A stretch of DNA of 64,000 nt, taken from Balanoglossus misakiensis. Lineage: Eukaryota; Animalia; Hemichordata. Where the stretch lies: the NCBI GenBank assembly GCA_040954595.2, contig CM082590.2, positions 4,402,001-4,466,000 of the forward strand, given 5' to 3'. This document shows positions 24,048-35,784 of the stretch, one piece after another; positions within the stretch are counted from its first letter, which is position 1, and the number at the start of each line of letters is the position of its first letter. Below the pieces are notes generated by a model. The model did not search any database. It was not told the origin of the DNA and saw only the letters and a program-made list of their open reading frames with translations. The translations under genes were made by a program, and so were the position numbers.

Positions 24048-24628
24048 CCCTAGCAGTGAGGAGAAACCCTAACCCTAGCCCTAAAACTAACCCTAGGAGT
24101 GGGAGAAACCCAAACCCTAACCCTAGCCCTAACCCTAGGAGTAGGGAGAAACCCTAGCCCTAACCCTAGCAGTGATGAGGAACCCTAACCCTAACCCTAG
24201 CCCTAACCCTAGCAGTGAGGAGAAACACTAACCCTAGCCCTAAAACTAACCCTAGGAGTGGGAGAAACCCAAACCCTAACCCTAGCCCTAGCCCTAGCAG
24301 TGAGGAGAAACCCTAACCCTAGCCCTAAATCTAACCCTAGGAGTGGGAGAAACCCAAACCCTAACCCTAGCCCTAACCCTAGGAGTGGGGAGAAACCCTA
24401 GCCCTAACCCTAGCAGTGATGAGGAACCCAAACCCTAACCCTAGCCCTAACCCTAGGAGTGGGGAGAAACCCTAGCCCTAACCCTAGCAGTGAGGAGAAA
24501 CACTAACCCTAGCCCTAAAACTAACCCTAGGAGTGGGAGAAACCCAAACCCTAACCCTAGCCCTAACCCTAGGAGTGGGGAGAAACCCTAGCCCAAACCC
24601 TAGCAGTGAGGAGAAACCCTCACCCTAA
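24048..24628 (+). repeat. telomere-like composite minisatellite, array 3 (~580 bp)
   Basis: (CCCTAA/CCCTAG)2-4 punctuated by (C/G)AGTG(A)GGAGAAA. Confidence 0.95.
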
Positions 24629-26479
24629 TTAGAGTCAAAGTGGTCCTCCATGTAACCCGAATTCAAAGGTCTACCAAAAAAATCATTATGTTTTTCTAAG
24701 GTTATAAACACTGTAAGTGATAGATTACAATAAAAATTATTTATTTTAAGTTATTGGAGCTCTAACCCTTGTATATTTCAGGGTGAAAACAACTCAGGTA
24801 ACATAGAGGACCAGTTTATCGGTTAAGGTACCATAACGGAATTGGTTAAAAGCATTTTGGTTGACCCTAATAAGTAATCCAGGTGTTATTCAATTGTATA
24901 AGTGTCCCCTTCTACCCCCCTGCAGGAAAACAAAGTGAAAAAATGTTGGTCCAAAAAATGCAGTAAAATTCTTATACTTACTGTGAACTGGCTGCATCAG
25001 AAAAAAACGAAATCTTCACAAGCATGATTTTTGGCATAAAAATCGTTATTTCACCGAATTTTGAAAAACCTTTGGCACGTTTGTAATATTTTTGATGCTA
25101 ATTTTTTTTATACCAAAATTTTAAAAATTCATCAAGATTTAGGAAAATTATTCAAATAACCAGTGTTGGGGACCGCTTTGATGTTACCTGTGTATTGTCC
25201 ATGGGCGAAAATGCGACTTTTTTAAATTGTTGCAATTTCATTGTTATTAAACATACAGCTGTCAAACTCACATATTTATTAAAGTTGACATAACAGATTT
25301 CAAAACTAGTTTCAGTTTTAAAATCGAAGGTCGCTAATGTGAGTTGTAGGTTACAAAAAACATACCAAAGGTAAATTTTAAAATTTTCATGCTTGTTTTG
25401 TTCGGAGCACTCCAGTTTGTTTATTTCTTAAGCTTTCACTTTGATTGTTCAATATGTTGTAGATATGAAAATGTTCTTTTAAAAACAGGTTACACTTTTG
25501 AAATCGGTGGATGGGAAGTTGACCAATTAATGTCATGTATGTGGTGCACCCGAAATTAACTGTATCCTGATTTTTTTTTTAAATATACACTTTGCTTTGT
25601 TAAGATTATTTTTTTATTTTATGCATTTCAAAGATGAAACTTTTGGTAAACCATTATGAGATGTTATAGAATATTGAAAAGTTTACACTATTAAGATTGG
25701 ACACCATTAATTATTTCAAATAATGCTGCAAAATAGACTGAAATAACTCCCATTGACTTAACATGTATAAAAACAAAAGAATAAGTTTTTGGGGACACTT
25801 GGAGATTTGTTTTTATGTTGAAAACTCGGCGAAAAATGGTTTGTTTTATGCTTATTCTAACGAATATCTTACAATCCAATATATGGTTTTTAAGCTCAGA
25901 TTCTGGGCTCTCGAATCCTGAAAACCGTTTTCCAAAAATCATACAAATAAAATCAGAGAGCCAACGATTACAATTTGTTACGATCGTATTTTGCACTCAC
26001 TTCCGGGTTTCGGCCAATTGCAGACAAATACTTTTTATAAAAGGCTTTGTTTTATGCTTATTCTAACAGTTATCTAACAATCCAATATATGGTTTTAAAG
26101 CTTAGAATCTTGGCTCTCTAACCACTGAAACCGTTTTTCAAAAATCGTAGAATCGAAATCAGGGAGCCAACGATTATAATTTGTTATGGTCTTTTTTCGT
26201 GTGTAGGGTTAGGTACTTAGGGATTTGGGCGACAGGCAAAATCCTCAGTTTTTTTTAGGTTAAGTTTACATCACTTCTGACTCACTTAGAGTGGGCCGAT
26301 CTTTAAGGTGTAACGTGTTTTGAAATCGTCAATTGCTGCTCTAAAACATATTAAAGACCCGAGTTGGTCTCTTTTAGAATAAATTAATAGGTTTGCTACA
26401 AAATAAAGTGATGTTTAAGTGATTCTTTTGTTTTTATGCATGTTAAAGAATAGGATAAATTATAATATTTGTGACCCTA

Positions 26480-27007
26480 TGTTACGATCTGTATAAAGGT
26501 CAAATACGATTTCAAGGGTTAATTAATCCAGAGCTCGGAAATGTCAATGTTTGATAGTATTTGATTTTATGTATTTGAAGTAGATAGGGAGAGCGGGTGT
26601 TTAACTGACTGCTCTGGTTGTCAATCATCACCGAACTGACTTTGTTATATAACACTTTATGTAAATTGGTACGTATAGAGTTGACTGATGCCCAATGAAA
26701 TTGTAACACATTGTATTTGTGATATTTTACATTATTAACCACGCCTTGAGAAAAGTAATTATAAGAGAACTTTGTTTCCAAAGTTAGGAGAATAATCTAA
26801 CGGGAGATGGGAGTACCTCAGGCTACTGAGCTCGTTCCCTTCCTCATGTACTTTACTGGGCGTATTTGATGTACTATATAATTCCGGACAATAAATGAAC
26901 GTGAATCAGATACGTGTCTCCGTGGATCACTGTTCTCGTCAGAGCCCGATACCTCATCGCTACAGATTCCCCGATGCATGAACAATCATGAGAAACCAGC
27001 CGTAATA
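26480..27007 (+). repeat. 5' LTR
   Basis: TGTTACG...CGTAATA; AATAAA at ~26889. Confidence 0.95.
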
Positions 27008-27009
27008 CA

Positions 27010-27026
27010 TGGTGGAGATACGTGGG
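27010..27026 (+). promoter_or_regulatory. primer-binding site, probably tRNA-Ala
   Basis: TGGTGGAGAT is complementary to the ...ATCTCCACCA 3' end of animal tRNA-Ala; 2 nt after the LTR. Confidence 0.7.
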
Positions 27027-27084
27027 TAGACGAAACAAATCCATCGGAGACAGAAACGGCGACGTCCAGCGGAAAGATTACAGC

Positions 27085-30000
27085 ATGGATCGCGAGATGC
27101 TAAACGACATGAACAGTCAATTATCGGAAATACGACAGGTTACACTCAGAGCTGGAGGTCAGGTAGGCCCAGGTTTCTTTTCGGCTACAGAGACTGAGAA
27201 TGCACACCGATGGTGGAAAAAATATATAGACTTTGCTGACTTTAAGCAATGGTCAGACGAGAAACGGCTTAAAGGAATCGGACTATATTTGACTGGTGAA
27301 GCGGAGCGATGGTTCTACAGACTGTCTGCTGAAAAGAAAAATGACTTGACGACACTGCAAAATGTCTTCCTCGCTCGTTTTGATAAGTGCGGTCCGATGT
27401 GGCTGTATGACGAGAAACTGTTTCGCCTGAAGCAACTGCCGGACCAGACTGTTGAACAATATGCGGAATTAATATGCGAAAAAGCAGAAAAAGCGAAAAA
27501 GACTGATGAGGAACTACTATCTTTCTTCATGAACGGACTGAGACCGGACATACTAAAGTTCGTAGCGGGAATGTCACCTAAGGACTTCGAAACAGCGTAC
27601 AAACATGCTCGAACAGCAGAGGTCGTGGCAGGATTACCAGAGACAGACGAGCCAGAAGCGGGTCTTTTACAACAAATCTCGACACGGATTGACGACATGA
27701 AACAAGAAGATGAAGAAATGAAGACCAAATCAAGCGCGGCAGATCATCGAGGACGATCGACAAAAAGAGAGAAGAAATCGCCGAATTACAGAGCAAGAGA
27801 ACGAACAATAGACAATAAGGTAAAGAGGAACAGATATAATTTTACTGGACACTCTGCCCAACGTTTTCCTCGACATAGTCAATTTAATTCCCGTGCATGT
27901 TTTAATTGTGGGCGTTACGATCATATAGCTAGAAATTGTTCAAAATATGGGTTCTCTGGAAATGTTTCGAAGCCTAGTCGGAAATTTTATTTTGATGGAT
28001 CGTCCGACAGGAGGTCATGTACAGGTATAAATGCACTCGGGAAAGAGGGTGCCTATAATGTTAAAGATGGTGTAAACTTTGTTAACAAAGATGGGTGTGC
28101 TTTTCATGAGAATGTTATTCCAATTTCAATATGTCATGAAAAAGTGACGTCATTAATTGATACTGGAGCACATATTACTGTAGCTCCTATTCGGTTGTTA
28201 GAGCTAGTACCCGCTCTAAAGGATTATCCGATGTTCAAGTCCAGATATAATTGTGTACATACAGCACACGAAGACAAATTGAAGGTAATTGGATTTATGA
28301 AAATACCTGCTTTTATTGGGAATAAGCGTGTATTACTGTATGTTAATTTAGTTGAGTCTCTTCAGCATAATCTGATTTTGGGACTTGATTTTATGAAGCG
28401 TTATAGAGCTGTTATTGATTTCAAGGGTAATATTTTAAGATTACAATCAGACGTACCGTTAAGAACAAATGTTGATGTTAACATTTCACCTGGAAGTGAA
28501 ATGGTTATTCCAGTGAAAGTACCGTATAAATATCTTACTGGAGTTTTAGGTTGTATTTGTGATAAACGAACACGCTTAACCCCGGGTATTTTGGTAGCTA
28601 AGGGGTTGGCCTATTCGAATAAGAATTTTCTTCCCATGCGAGTTGTAAACACTTTGGATACTGTGGTCAAAATTAAGAAAAACAGTGTTGTTGGAATGTT
28701 TTCGCCTTTGCCCCGTAATAGTGAAATAGTCCCACTCGATAATACTGCCGTTAATTGTGTCTCACCTCAAGGGCCCCGTACACAGAAAGAGACGGATTAT
28801 TTGATGGGTCAATTGAAATTTAATGAATTAGAGATAACTAAGGCACAGCGTAAACAGCTTAGAGATGTTTTACTGCACAATATGGAAGCTTTTGTTGATT
28901 CTAGTGGTCGTTTAGGCAACTGTGATGTAATCAAACATACAATACGATTACAAGAGGGTGCTGCCCCGTTCCGTCGCCCACCTTACCGAGTAACGCCTGA
29001 GAAAAGGCGTGAACTTGAGCGACAAGTTGATCAGCTGTTAGAACAAAATATTATCGAGCCGTCCACTTCACCGTTTGCTAGTCCAGTAGTTTTAGTCAAA
29101 AAGCCTGATGGTTCGTGGCGTTTTTGCACAGATTTCCGTCATTTGAATAATATTACAGTGCCTGATTCGTTTCCCTTACCTAGAACTGACGAATCTCTTG
29201 AAATGTTAGGCAAGAATAAGCCTCAGTATTTTTCGACGCTTGATTTACAGTCAGGATTTTTTCAATTGGAATTAGATGAAGAGAGCAGACCAAAAACAGC
29301 TTTTGTCACACATCAAGGTTTATATCAATACAGGAGACTTGCCCAGGGGTTGCGAAATAGTCCCAGTTGTTTTCAGCGTACTATGCAACACGTGTTACGC
29401 AATATTATGTGGCAATATGTGTTATGTTATATCGATGATATTATTATATTTAGCAGCTCTTTTGAGGAGCATCTTCAACACATTGATACTGTCCTAACCA
29501 GGTTACGTCAAGCTGGATTGAAATTAAAGCCCAGCAAATGTCAATTTATGAGAAAGAGTGTTAAATTTTTGGGTCATATTATCAGTAAGAATGGAATTGC
29601 GGTTGACGAGAGTAAAGTAACAGCTGTTAAAGAATATCCCCGTCCTCATACTGTCACACAGCTGAAATCATTTTTGGGGTTGGCCAATTATTATAGAAAG
29701 TTTATAAAGAATTTCTCGATCATTGCAAGGCCTCTGCATAAATTGTTGGGAAAGGACACGAAATTTGAATGGGATGATCGATGCGAACATGCATTTGAGA
29801 AATTAAAACATGTCCTGTGTCAAGCACCAATTCTAGGGTATCCTGATATGAATGAAAATTTCACAATTTATACCGATAGTTCCACTCATGCCCTGGGGTT
29901 TGTTTTAGCTCAACGACAGAATGGTGTTGAACGAGTGATTTTATATGGGGGTCGAAGTTTAAACTGTCACGAAAGAAATTACTCAATTACAGAATTGGAA

Positions 30001-32253
30001 GCTTTGGCCGTCATTCATGCTATCCGACAATGTGATCACTATGTACGGAGCAACCATGTCACTATAGTGACTGATCACTCCAATCTGACTTACATGTTTA
30101 AACAGAAAATACCAAGGGGGCGTATTGGCCGTTGGATAATGACCATGCAGCAGTACGATTACGAAATTATCTATAGACCTGGTAAGAAACATATGAATGC
30201 TGACGGGTTGTCAAGGAGACCATATCAACAATGTGAGGGGTACAAGTCTGACGTCACTGATTTAGAGCATGCGCCTGAAATGAATTACAAGCCTAACAGT
30301 CAGCCAATGGTAGATAAGTGTGTAAACACTGAGCCCATAAACTCACCTTGTATAAATAATATACATACAGGGCAACAAACCGAACCTGAGGTTCATAATT
30401 CTGCTAATAGTGAGGACTCATCTGGGTATGGGATTTTACTTAACAGTTCTAACGACACTTCTAACACTGACGTGGAGGAAAATGCTTCCAACACTGAAGT
30501 GGATAAAACATTCGACAGTGAGGTGCAATCACGAATGAAGGGAGAACAGAGAAAGGATAATTATTTGAGTAAATTTCTTAATTATTTAGAGAATGATGAG
30601 TTACCAACTGATCAAAAGTTAGCTCGTAAATTTGTTAGTATGGCTCCAAATTATGACATTGTTGACGGGGTTTTGTATCATTTTTGGAAACCCACGGGGA
30701 AATCAGCTAGTAAATTAGATTGTGTTAGACAGGTTGTGATACCTAAGTCCTTAAGAAATTATGTTCTGCGGTGGGCTCATGATTGTGTTTTAGCGGGACA
30801 TTTGGGATACACTAAAACGTTGGGAGTTTTAAGACAGAGGTATTTTTGGGAAAGGATGCCCCGGGATGTTAATATGTACGTAAAGACATGCGCACATTGT
30901 CACACACGAAAGAGAACCACACCCCCTACTCATGCTAAGTTGTTACCTATTCCAGTATCAGGACCCTGGGACCGACTGGGTATGGATATTGTGGGACCCC
31001 TCCCTAGAACTTATGATGGTCATAAATACATCTTAGTACTTACTGATTACTTTACTAAATTTCCACTAGCATATCCATTACGTAATGCACGAGCTGAGAC
31101 AGTCGCTAAGATCTTGTTTGATGAAGTCATCGCTACTTATGGCAGTCCAAGAGTTTTGATGAGTGATCAGGGATCGAATTTTTTATCCCAAGTAGTTCGT
31201 GAAACTTGCAAATTTTTCAACATCCAGAGGAAAGTTTCGACCCCTTATCGTCCACAGACTAATGGCCTTACAGAGCGTTTCAATGGTTGCCTAGTCGACA
31301 TGCTGTCCATGTTTGTCGATAGTAAACAGAAAGATTGGGATCGGTACCTAAGTTCAGTGCTCTTCGCTTATAGAGTTAGCCCTCAAGAGTCCAGTGGGTT
31401 CAGTCCTTATTATCTGTTATATGGTCGGCATCCCACATTGCCCATGGATGTTGAATTCCAGCCAGTTGAGGGGAGGACGAGAAATATAGATACACACCTT
31501 AAACATTTAGCTGCTAAAAGGGAGATAGCTCATAAAATCGCCAAAGAGAATATAGATCGATATCAACAGAATATGAAGGACCGTTATGATCAAAATATCC
31601 AAAGGTCACAAAATCTAAAAGTGGGGGATCCTGTATATTTATACACACCATCTGTTAAACCAGGAGTTAATAAGAAATTCGTACATAAGTGGACAGGTCC
31701 TTACATTATTTCTGAGAAGGTGGGTCCTGTTAATTACAAGTTGCGTTTCATAAATAGCACCAGGAATTATCGTAAGGTCATTCATGTGAATAGACTTAAA
31801 AGAGCTTATTTGCGCCCCTCTGAGTTTGACTCATCCTCATCTGATGAGTCGTGTGAAGAAAACGATGTCCCAGAAACCACAAATTATGAAAATGGGACCG
31901 AAATATGTCAAAGTCCAGAAGCAGAAACATATGCAGAATCAGAAAATGGTTCTGATCAAATTGAGGGATTGAGAGATTTGTCGTCAAGGACAAATCCCAG
32001 TGCTTTCGATGAAACTGACAACAATGGAAATTGTCAGACTAATGTTTCTGAGCCATTTTACGATATAGACAATGTGTTAAAGGGTCGATATAGAAATGGG
32101 AAATTACAGTATTTGGTTAAGTGGAAGAATTATTCAAACAAACATAATACGTGGGAGGATGAAGACAATTTGAACGAAACTGCGAAAGAGTATTTGATAA
32201 GAAATCCTGTAAAGATACAAGGGAAACAGGTTATAGCACATTTGCACATTTAA
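27085..32253 (+). CDS. single-frame Gag-Pol polyprotein (Gag/CCHC, protease, RT, RNase H, integrase, chromodomain)
   Basis: CFNCGRYDHIARNC knuckle; LIDTGA; YIDD; YTDSS...ELEALA...TDH RNase H; H-H-C-C and D,D35E (MDIVGP, SDQGSNF, NGLTER); YLVKWKNY...NTWE; first ATG at 27085 (the track's GTG at 27022 lies in the PBS). Confidence 0.97.
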   Translation: MDREMLNDMNSQLSEIRQVTLRAGGQVGPGFFSATETENAHRWWKKYIDFADFKQWSDEKRLKGIGLYLTGEAERWFYRLSAEKKNDLTTLQNVFLARFDKCGPMWLYDEKLFRLKQLPDQTVEQYAELICEKAEKAKKTDEELLSFFMNGLRPDILKFVAGMSPKDFETAYKHARTAEVVAGLPETDEPEAGLLQQISTRIDDMKQEDEEMKTKSSAADHRGRSTKREKKSPNYRARERTIDNKVKRNRYNFTGHSAQRFPRHSQFNSRACFNCGRYDHIARNCSKYGFSGNVSKPSRKFYFDGSSDRRSCTGINALGKEGAYNVKDGVNFVNKDGCAFHENVIPISICHEKVTSLIDTGAHITVAPIRLLELVPALKDYPMFKSRYNCVHTAHEDKLKVIGFMKIPAFIGNKRVLLYVNLVESLQHNLILGLDFMKRYRAVIDFKGNILRLQSDVPLRTNVDVNISPGSEMVIPVKVPYKYLTGVLGCICDKRTRLTPGILVAKGLAYSNKNFLPMRVVNTLDTVVKIKKNSVVGMFSPLPRNSEIVPLDNTAVNCVSPQGPRTQKETDYLMGQLKFNELEITKAQRKQLRDVLLHNMEAFVDSSGRLGNCDVIKHTIRLQEGAAPFRRPPYRVTPEKRRELERQVDQLLEQNIIEPSTSPFASPVVLVKKPDGSWRFCTDFRHLNNITVPDSFPLPRTDESLEMLGKNKPQYFSTLDLQSGFFQLELDEESRPKTAFVTHQGLYQYRRLAQGLRNSPSCFQRTMQHVLRNIMWQYVLCYIDDIIIFSSSFEEHLQHIDTVLTRLRQAGLKLKPSKCQFMRKSVKFLGHIISKNGIAVDESKVTAVKEYPRPHTVTQLKSFLGLANYYRKFIKNFSIIARPLHKLLGKDTKFEWDDRCEHAFEKLKHVLCQAPILGYPDMNENFTIYTDSSTHALGFVLAQRQNGVERVILYGGRSLNCHERNYSITELEALAVIHAIRQCDHYVRSNHVTIVTDHSNLTYMFKQKIPRGRIGRWIMTMQQYDYEIIYRPGKKHMNADGLSRRPYQQCEGYKSDVTDLEHAPEMNYKPNSQPMVDKCVNTEPINSPCINNIHTGQQTEPEVHNSANSEDSSGYGILLNSSNDTSNTDVEENASNTEVDKTFDSEVQSRMKGEQRKDNYLSKFLNYLENDELPTDQKLARKFVSMAPNYDIVDGVLYHFWKPTGKSASKLDCVRQVVIPKSLRNYVLRWAHDCVLAGHLGYTKTLGVLRQRYFWERMPRDVNMYVKTCAHCHTRKRTTPPTHAKLLPIPVSGPWDRLGMDIVGPLPRTYDGHKYILVLTDYFTKFPLAYPLRNARAETVAKILFDEVIATYGSPRVLMSDQGSNFLSQVVRETCKFFNIQRKVSTPYRPQTNGLTERFNGCLVDMLSMFVDSKQKDWDRYLSSVLFAYRVSPQESSGFSPYYLLYGRHPTLPMDVEFQPVEGRTRNIDTHLKHLAAKREIAHKIAKENIDRYQQNMKDRYDQNIQRSQNLKVGDPVYLYTPSVKPGVNKKFVHKWTGPYIISEKVGPVNYKLRFINSTRNYRKVIHVNRLKRAYLRPSEFDSSSSDESCEENDVPETTNYENGTEICQSPEAETYAESENGSDQIEGLRDLSSRTNPSAFDETDNNGNCQTNVSEPFYDIDNVLKGRYRNGKLQYLVKWKNYSNKHNTWEDEDNLNETAKEYLIRNPVKIQGKQVIAHLHI

Positions 32254-33257
32254 ATCTATGGACAGAAAAATATATGCGTAACAGAAAAAAAAAAACTGAA
32301 AAGGGCGACACGTGGTTGAGTGAATTGAAAATGTGAATATGACTGAGAGGTATGAGTGTTGGCCGGCCTGTATGAGTGAGTGTACGATTGGCGTGTCCCT
32401 TGATTCGTTTAATGTTACGTAAGTTGTCGAATGACATTTTATTATCCGTTGTTTGCTGAGTTTAGTTGTAAGAGCTGTGCAACCTGGTTCCCGTGTCACT
32501 CTGTTGAAATGTGTTGATGTATTTAAGTTGTAAAGAAATTACCAGTGAAGTTTGAAGTTGCAGAGATTTTAACACTGGAGAAAAATGTTGTGAGTTGAAT
32601 TTGCCTTTCGTTTGATGACCTAAAATAGATGGTCCAATTTGTGTAAATAGCCCCTTTTAATGGCTATATGTTTGTACAAAGAAACCAAAGAAAATCCCAT
32701 TTTCGAATGAAGAAAATGCCATTTTCGAAGTTGTAAAGAGTGGATTTTTGACAAAACGCTAAGATGTTTCAGTTTTAAAAATTTTAAAGGTTATTGAATT
32801 TGCCCGACATGACGTAACTCGAGAATAAGGAATGTCGGATGATCGTTCGATGTAAAAGAATGCAAGAGTGTTTCTTTTGAGTCAATAAGACAACAGATAT
32901 TCAGATTGTGTTCAATGATGGATACAACGTTTTATGGGTTTACAGAAGGAGTTGTGATTTTATTGGTTATATTAGTAGGTGGATATGTGTGCGAAAGTTT
33001 TATGAGCACATACTATTTTAAGTTTATATGTACTTTTATTCTGTAGTAATTTTTGTATTGTAATTTTATAATTTTTCAAGACGATCACTTCATAGACATG
33101 ACTCGATTTTTTTACTTCAATTTTGTTATATATATTGTACTCTTACATTTCAAAATCATACGGTACATCTTAATATATTCTTGGGGTGGAATTGAACGAT
33201 TACCCTTGGTGTACTGCTCTTTAAGAGATTTGTGTCCAATGCGGGACGCATTGGTTT

Positions 33258-33270
33258 AAAAGGAGGGGAG
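33258..33270 (+). promoter_or_regulatory. polypurine tract
   Basis: AAAAGGAGGGGAG abutting the 3' LTR. Confidence 0.9.
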
Positions 33271-33798
33271 TGTTACGATCTGTATAAAGGTCAAATACGA
33301 TTTCAAGGGTTAATTAATCCAGAGCTCGGAAATGTCAATGTTTGATAGTATTTGATTTTATGTATTTGAAGTAGATAGGGAGAGCGGGTGTTTAACTGAC
33401 TGCTCTGGTTGTCAATCATCACCGAACTGACTTTGTTATATAACACTTTATGTAAATTGGTACGTATAGAGTTGACTGATGCCCAATGAAATTGTAACAC
33501 ATTGTATTTGTGATATTTTACATTATTAACCACGCCTTGAGAAAAGTAATTATAAGAGAACTTTGTTTCCAAAGTTAGGAGAATAATCTAACGGGAGATG
33601 GGAGTACCTCAGGCTACTGAGCTCGTTCCCTTCCTCATGTACTTTACTGGGCGTATTTGATGTACTATATAATTCCGGACAATAAATGAACGTGAATCAG
33701 ATACGTGTCTCCGTGGATCACTGTTCTCGTCAGAGCCCGATACCTCATCGCTACAGATTCCCCGATGCATGAACAATCATGAGAAACCAGCCGTAATA
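33271..33798 (+). repeat. 3' LTR
   Basis: direct repeat of 26480-27007 at offset 6791. Confidence 0.95.
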
Positions 33799-35784
33799 CC
33801 TATCCTGATTTGTACAATGAAAGTAGCTTGAGTACTGTTTTTTTCAGGATGTATAGACATTTGAATTCCCCATGCTATAGTACATTATTTTTTTTGAAAT
33901 GTAGACAAGAAGTTATAAAACTGTAATTATGAAAAATAATGTCAGTGCCCCATAGGCTTTACACTGTAGACAACAGGGTGTCATAGGTTAGAATTTTGGA
34001 AAGTAAGAAAACATGTTGTTTAAAGCTTGTTATTTTCAGAGTGTGTAAAGAACATGATGGGATACTCCATACAATACCAGTAGCTATTGAGTCAAAATAG
34101 GTAATTCATATATCTCACAATGACATTTTTGTTATATTGTCATGTGTTTGCAAAGTTGCTTTAAACACCTAGCATCATCCAATTTAAAAAACGTTTTCTG
34201 TTTTGAAAAGGGTATAAAAAACTACATAACAGAATGAAGAATCAAATTGATAGTGTTAGGAATAAGAAAACCGCATTGTTCCAAGAAAGGCGCTGTCAAT
34301 CGACAAAGTAGACAATGCTGTTTGACCCCTTTTAATTATCACCCAAAATTTACATTGTTTGTACCACTCTGGTTTCTTGTTTATTCAGCAATGAAGTTCT
34401 CACTTTAACAATATATTAAATACATAATGTTCTTTATAATACATATGAAACAGTTTTCAAATCGGATGATTCTAAGTGTTTAAACCAACTTTGCAAACAT
34501 ATATTGCAATATAACAAAAATGTCATTGTCAGATTTATGAATTGCCTATTTTGACTCAATACCAATTGGCATTACTCTTCATGTAACAACTTTAAAAAAC
34601 ATGTATGGAGTATCCCATCATGTTCTTAACACATTCTGAAAATAACAAGCATTAAACAACATGTTTTCTTACATTCATAAATTTTTACCTATGACACCCT
34701 GTTTTCTACATTGTAAAGCCTATTGTTCACTAACATTTTGTTTCATAATTATACTTTTATAACTTCTTGTCTACATTGTCTCATTTAGAGTGGGCCGATC
34801 TTTAAAGTGTAATCTGTTTTGAAATCGTCCACTACGGCTCTAAAACATATTAAAGACCTGATGTGGTATCCTTAAGAATAAATTAATATTTGTGCCAATA
34901 AAAAATTGATGTCTAAGTGATTCTTTTGTTTTTATGCATGTTAAAGAATAGTACAAATGATAAAATATAAGACCCTACCCTAAGATATACAATAAAGGAG
35001 ATTAAGTACTGATTTTTTCATGAATAATAGACATATAAATTCTCTATTCTGGAGTACATTAATATTTAATCAATGTAGACAAGAAGTTTTAAAAGTATAA
35101 TTATGAAACAAAATGTTTGTGCCCCATAGGCTTAACACTGTAGAAAACCAGGTGTCATAGGTAAAAATTTAGGAAAGTAAGAAAACATGTTGTTTAAAGC
35201 TTGTTATTTTCAGAGACTGTAAAGAACATGATGGGATACTCCATACATTTTTTTTAAAGTTGTTACCTGTACAGTAATGCCAGTAGCTATTGATACAAAC
35301 TAGGTAATTCATAAATCTCACATGGACATTTTCGTTATATTGCCACTTTATTTTTGGCACACCAGTTGATTTATTCTTGAAGATTTCACATCAGGTCTTG
35401 AATATGTTTTAGAGTAGTGATTGGCGATCTCCAAACAGGGTACACTTTTAAGATCGACCTACTCCAAGTGTGTAAGATCTGATTTAATAACATGCATCCA
35501 CTGTTCATGTAATACATGGGCACGTTTAAATTAGGGACCAGTGTTTATCACTTACCCTTAGCTTCATTTCTCTTCATGATTGCATTGGTTCATTTCCTGT
35601 AGATTATTGTGCATGTTACAACAGATTGACTTCAAAAGTACTGCATTTTTAAAGTCGCCAGTACTTAGGAAGTACACCTATTGGACAGCACTTTAAACCA
35701 CTGCATCTTCTTCAAAACATGTATATATTTATTGAGTGCATGTGAGTGTGTGTCAGTGTTATGATAATATTAATTATAATTATA

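Larger units (their letters stand above)
26480..33798 (+). mobile_element. full-length Ty3/Gypsy LTR retrotransposon with chromodomain integrase
   Basis: 528-bp LTRs (26480-27007, 33271-33798) with no difference seen by eye; CCTA TSD (26476-26479, 33799-33802); empty site gtgacCCTAtcctgatt in the paralogue at ~8915; PBS, PPT and intact gag-pol. Confidence 0.97.

Noticed and set aside
24048-24628. CRISPR-like repeat/spacer pattern, or a true telomere
   Set aside because: Spacers are near-identical, no cas genes, eukaryotic context; array is internal, short and interrupted
26512-26781. Identical 89-aa ORFs at 26512 and 33303
   Set aside because: Antisense ORFs inside the two LTRs; identity reflects LTR duplication, no protein motif
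27022-27084. GTG start of the 1743-aa ORF
   Set aside because: The GTG lies within the PBS; first ATG is at 27085
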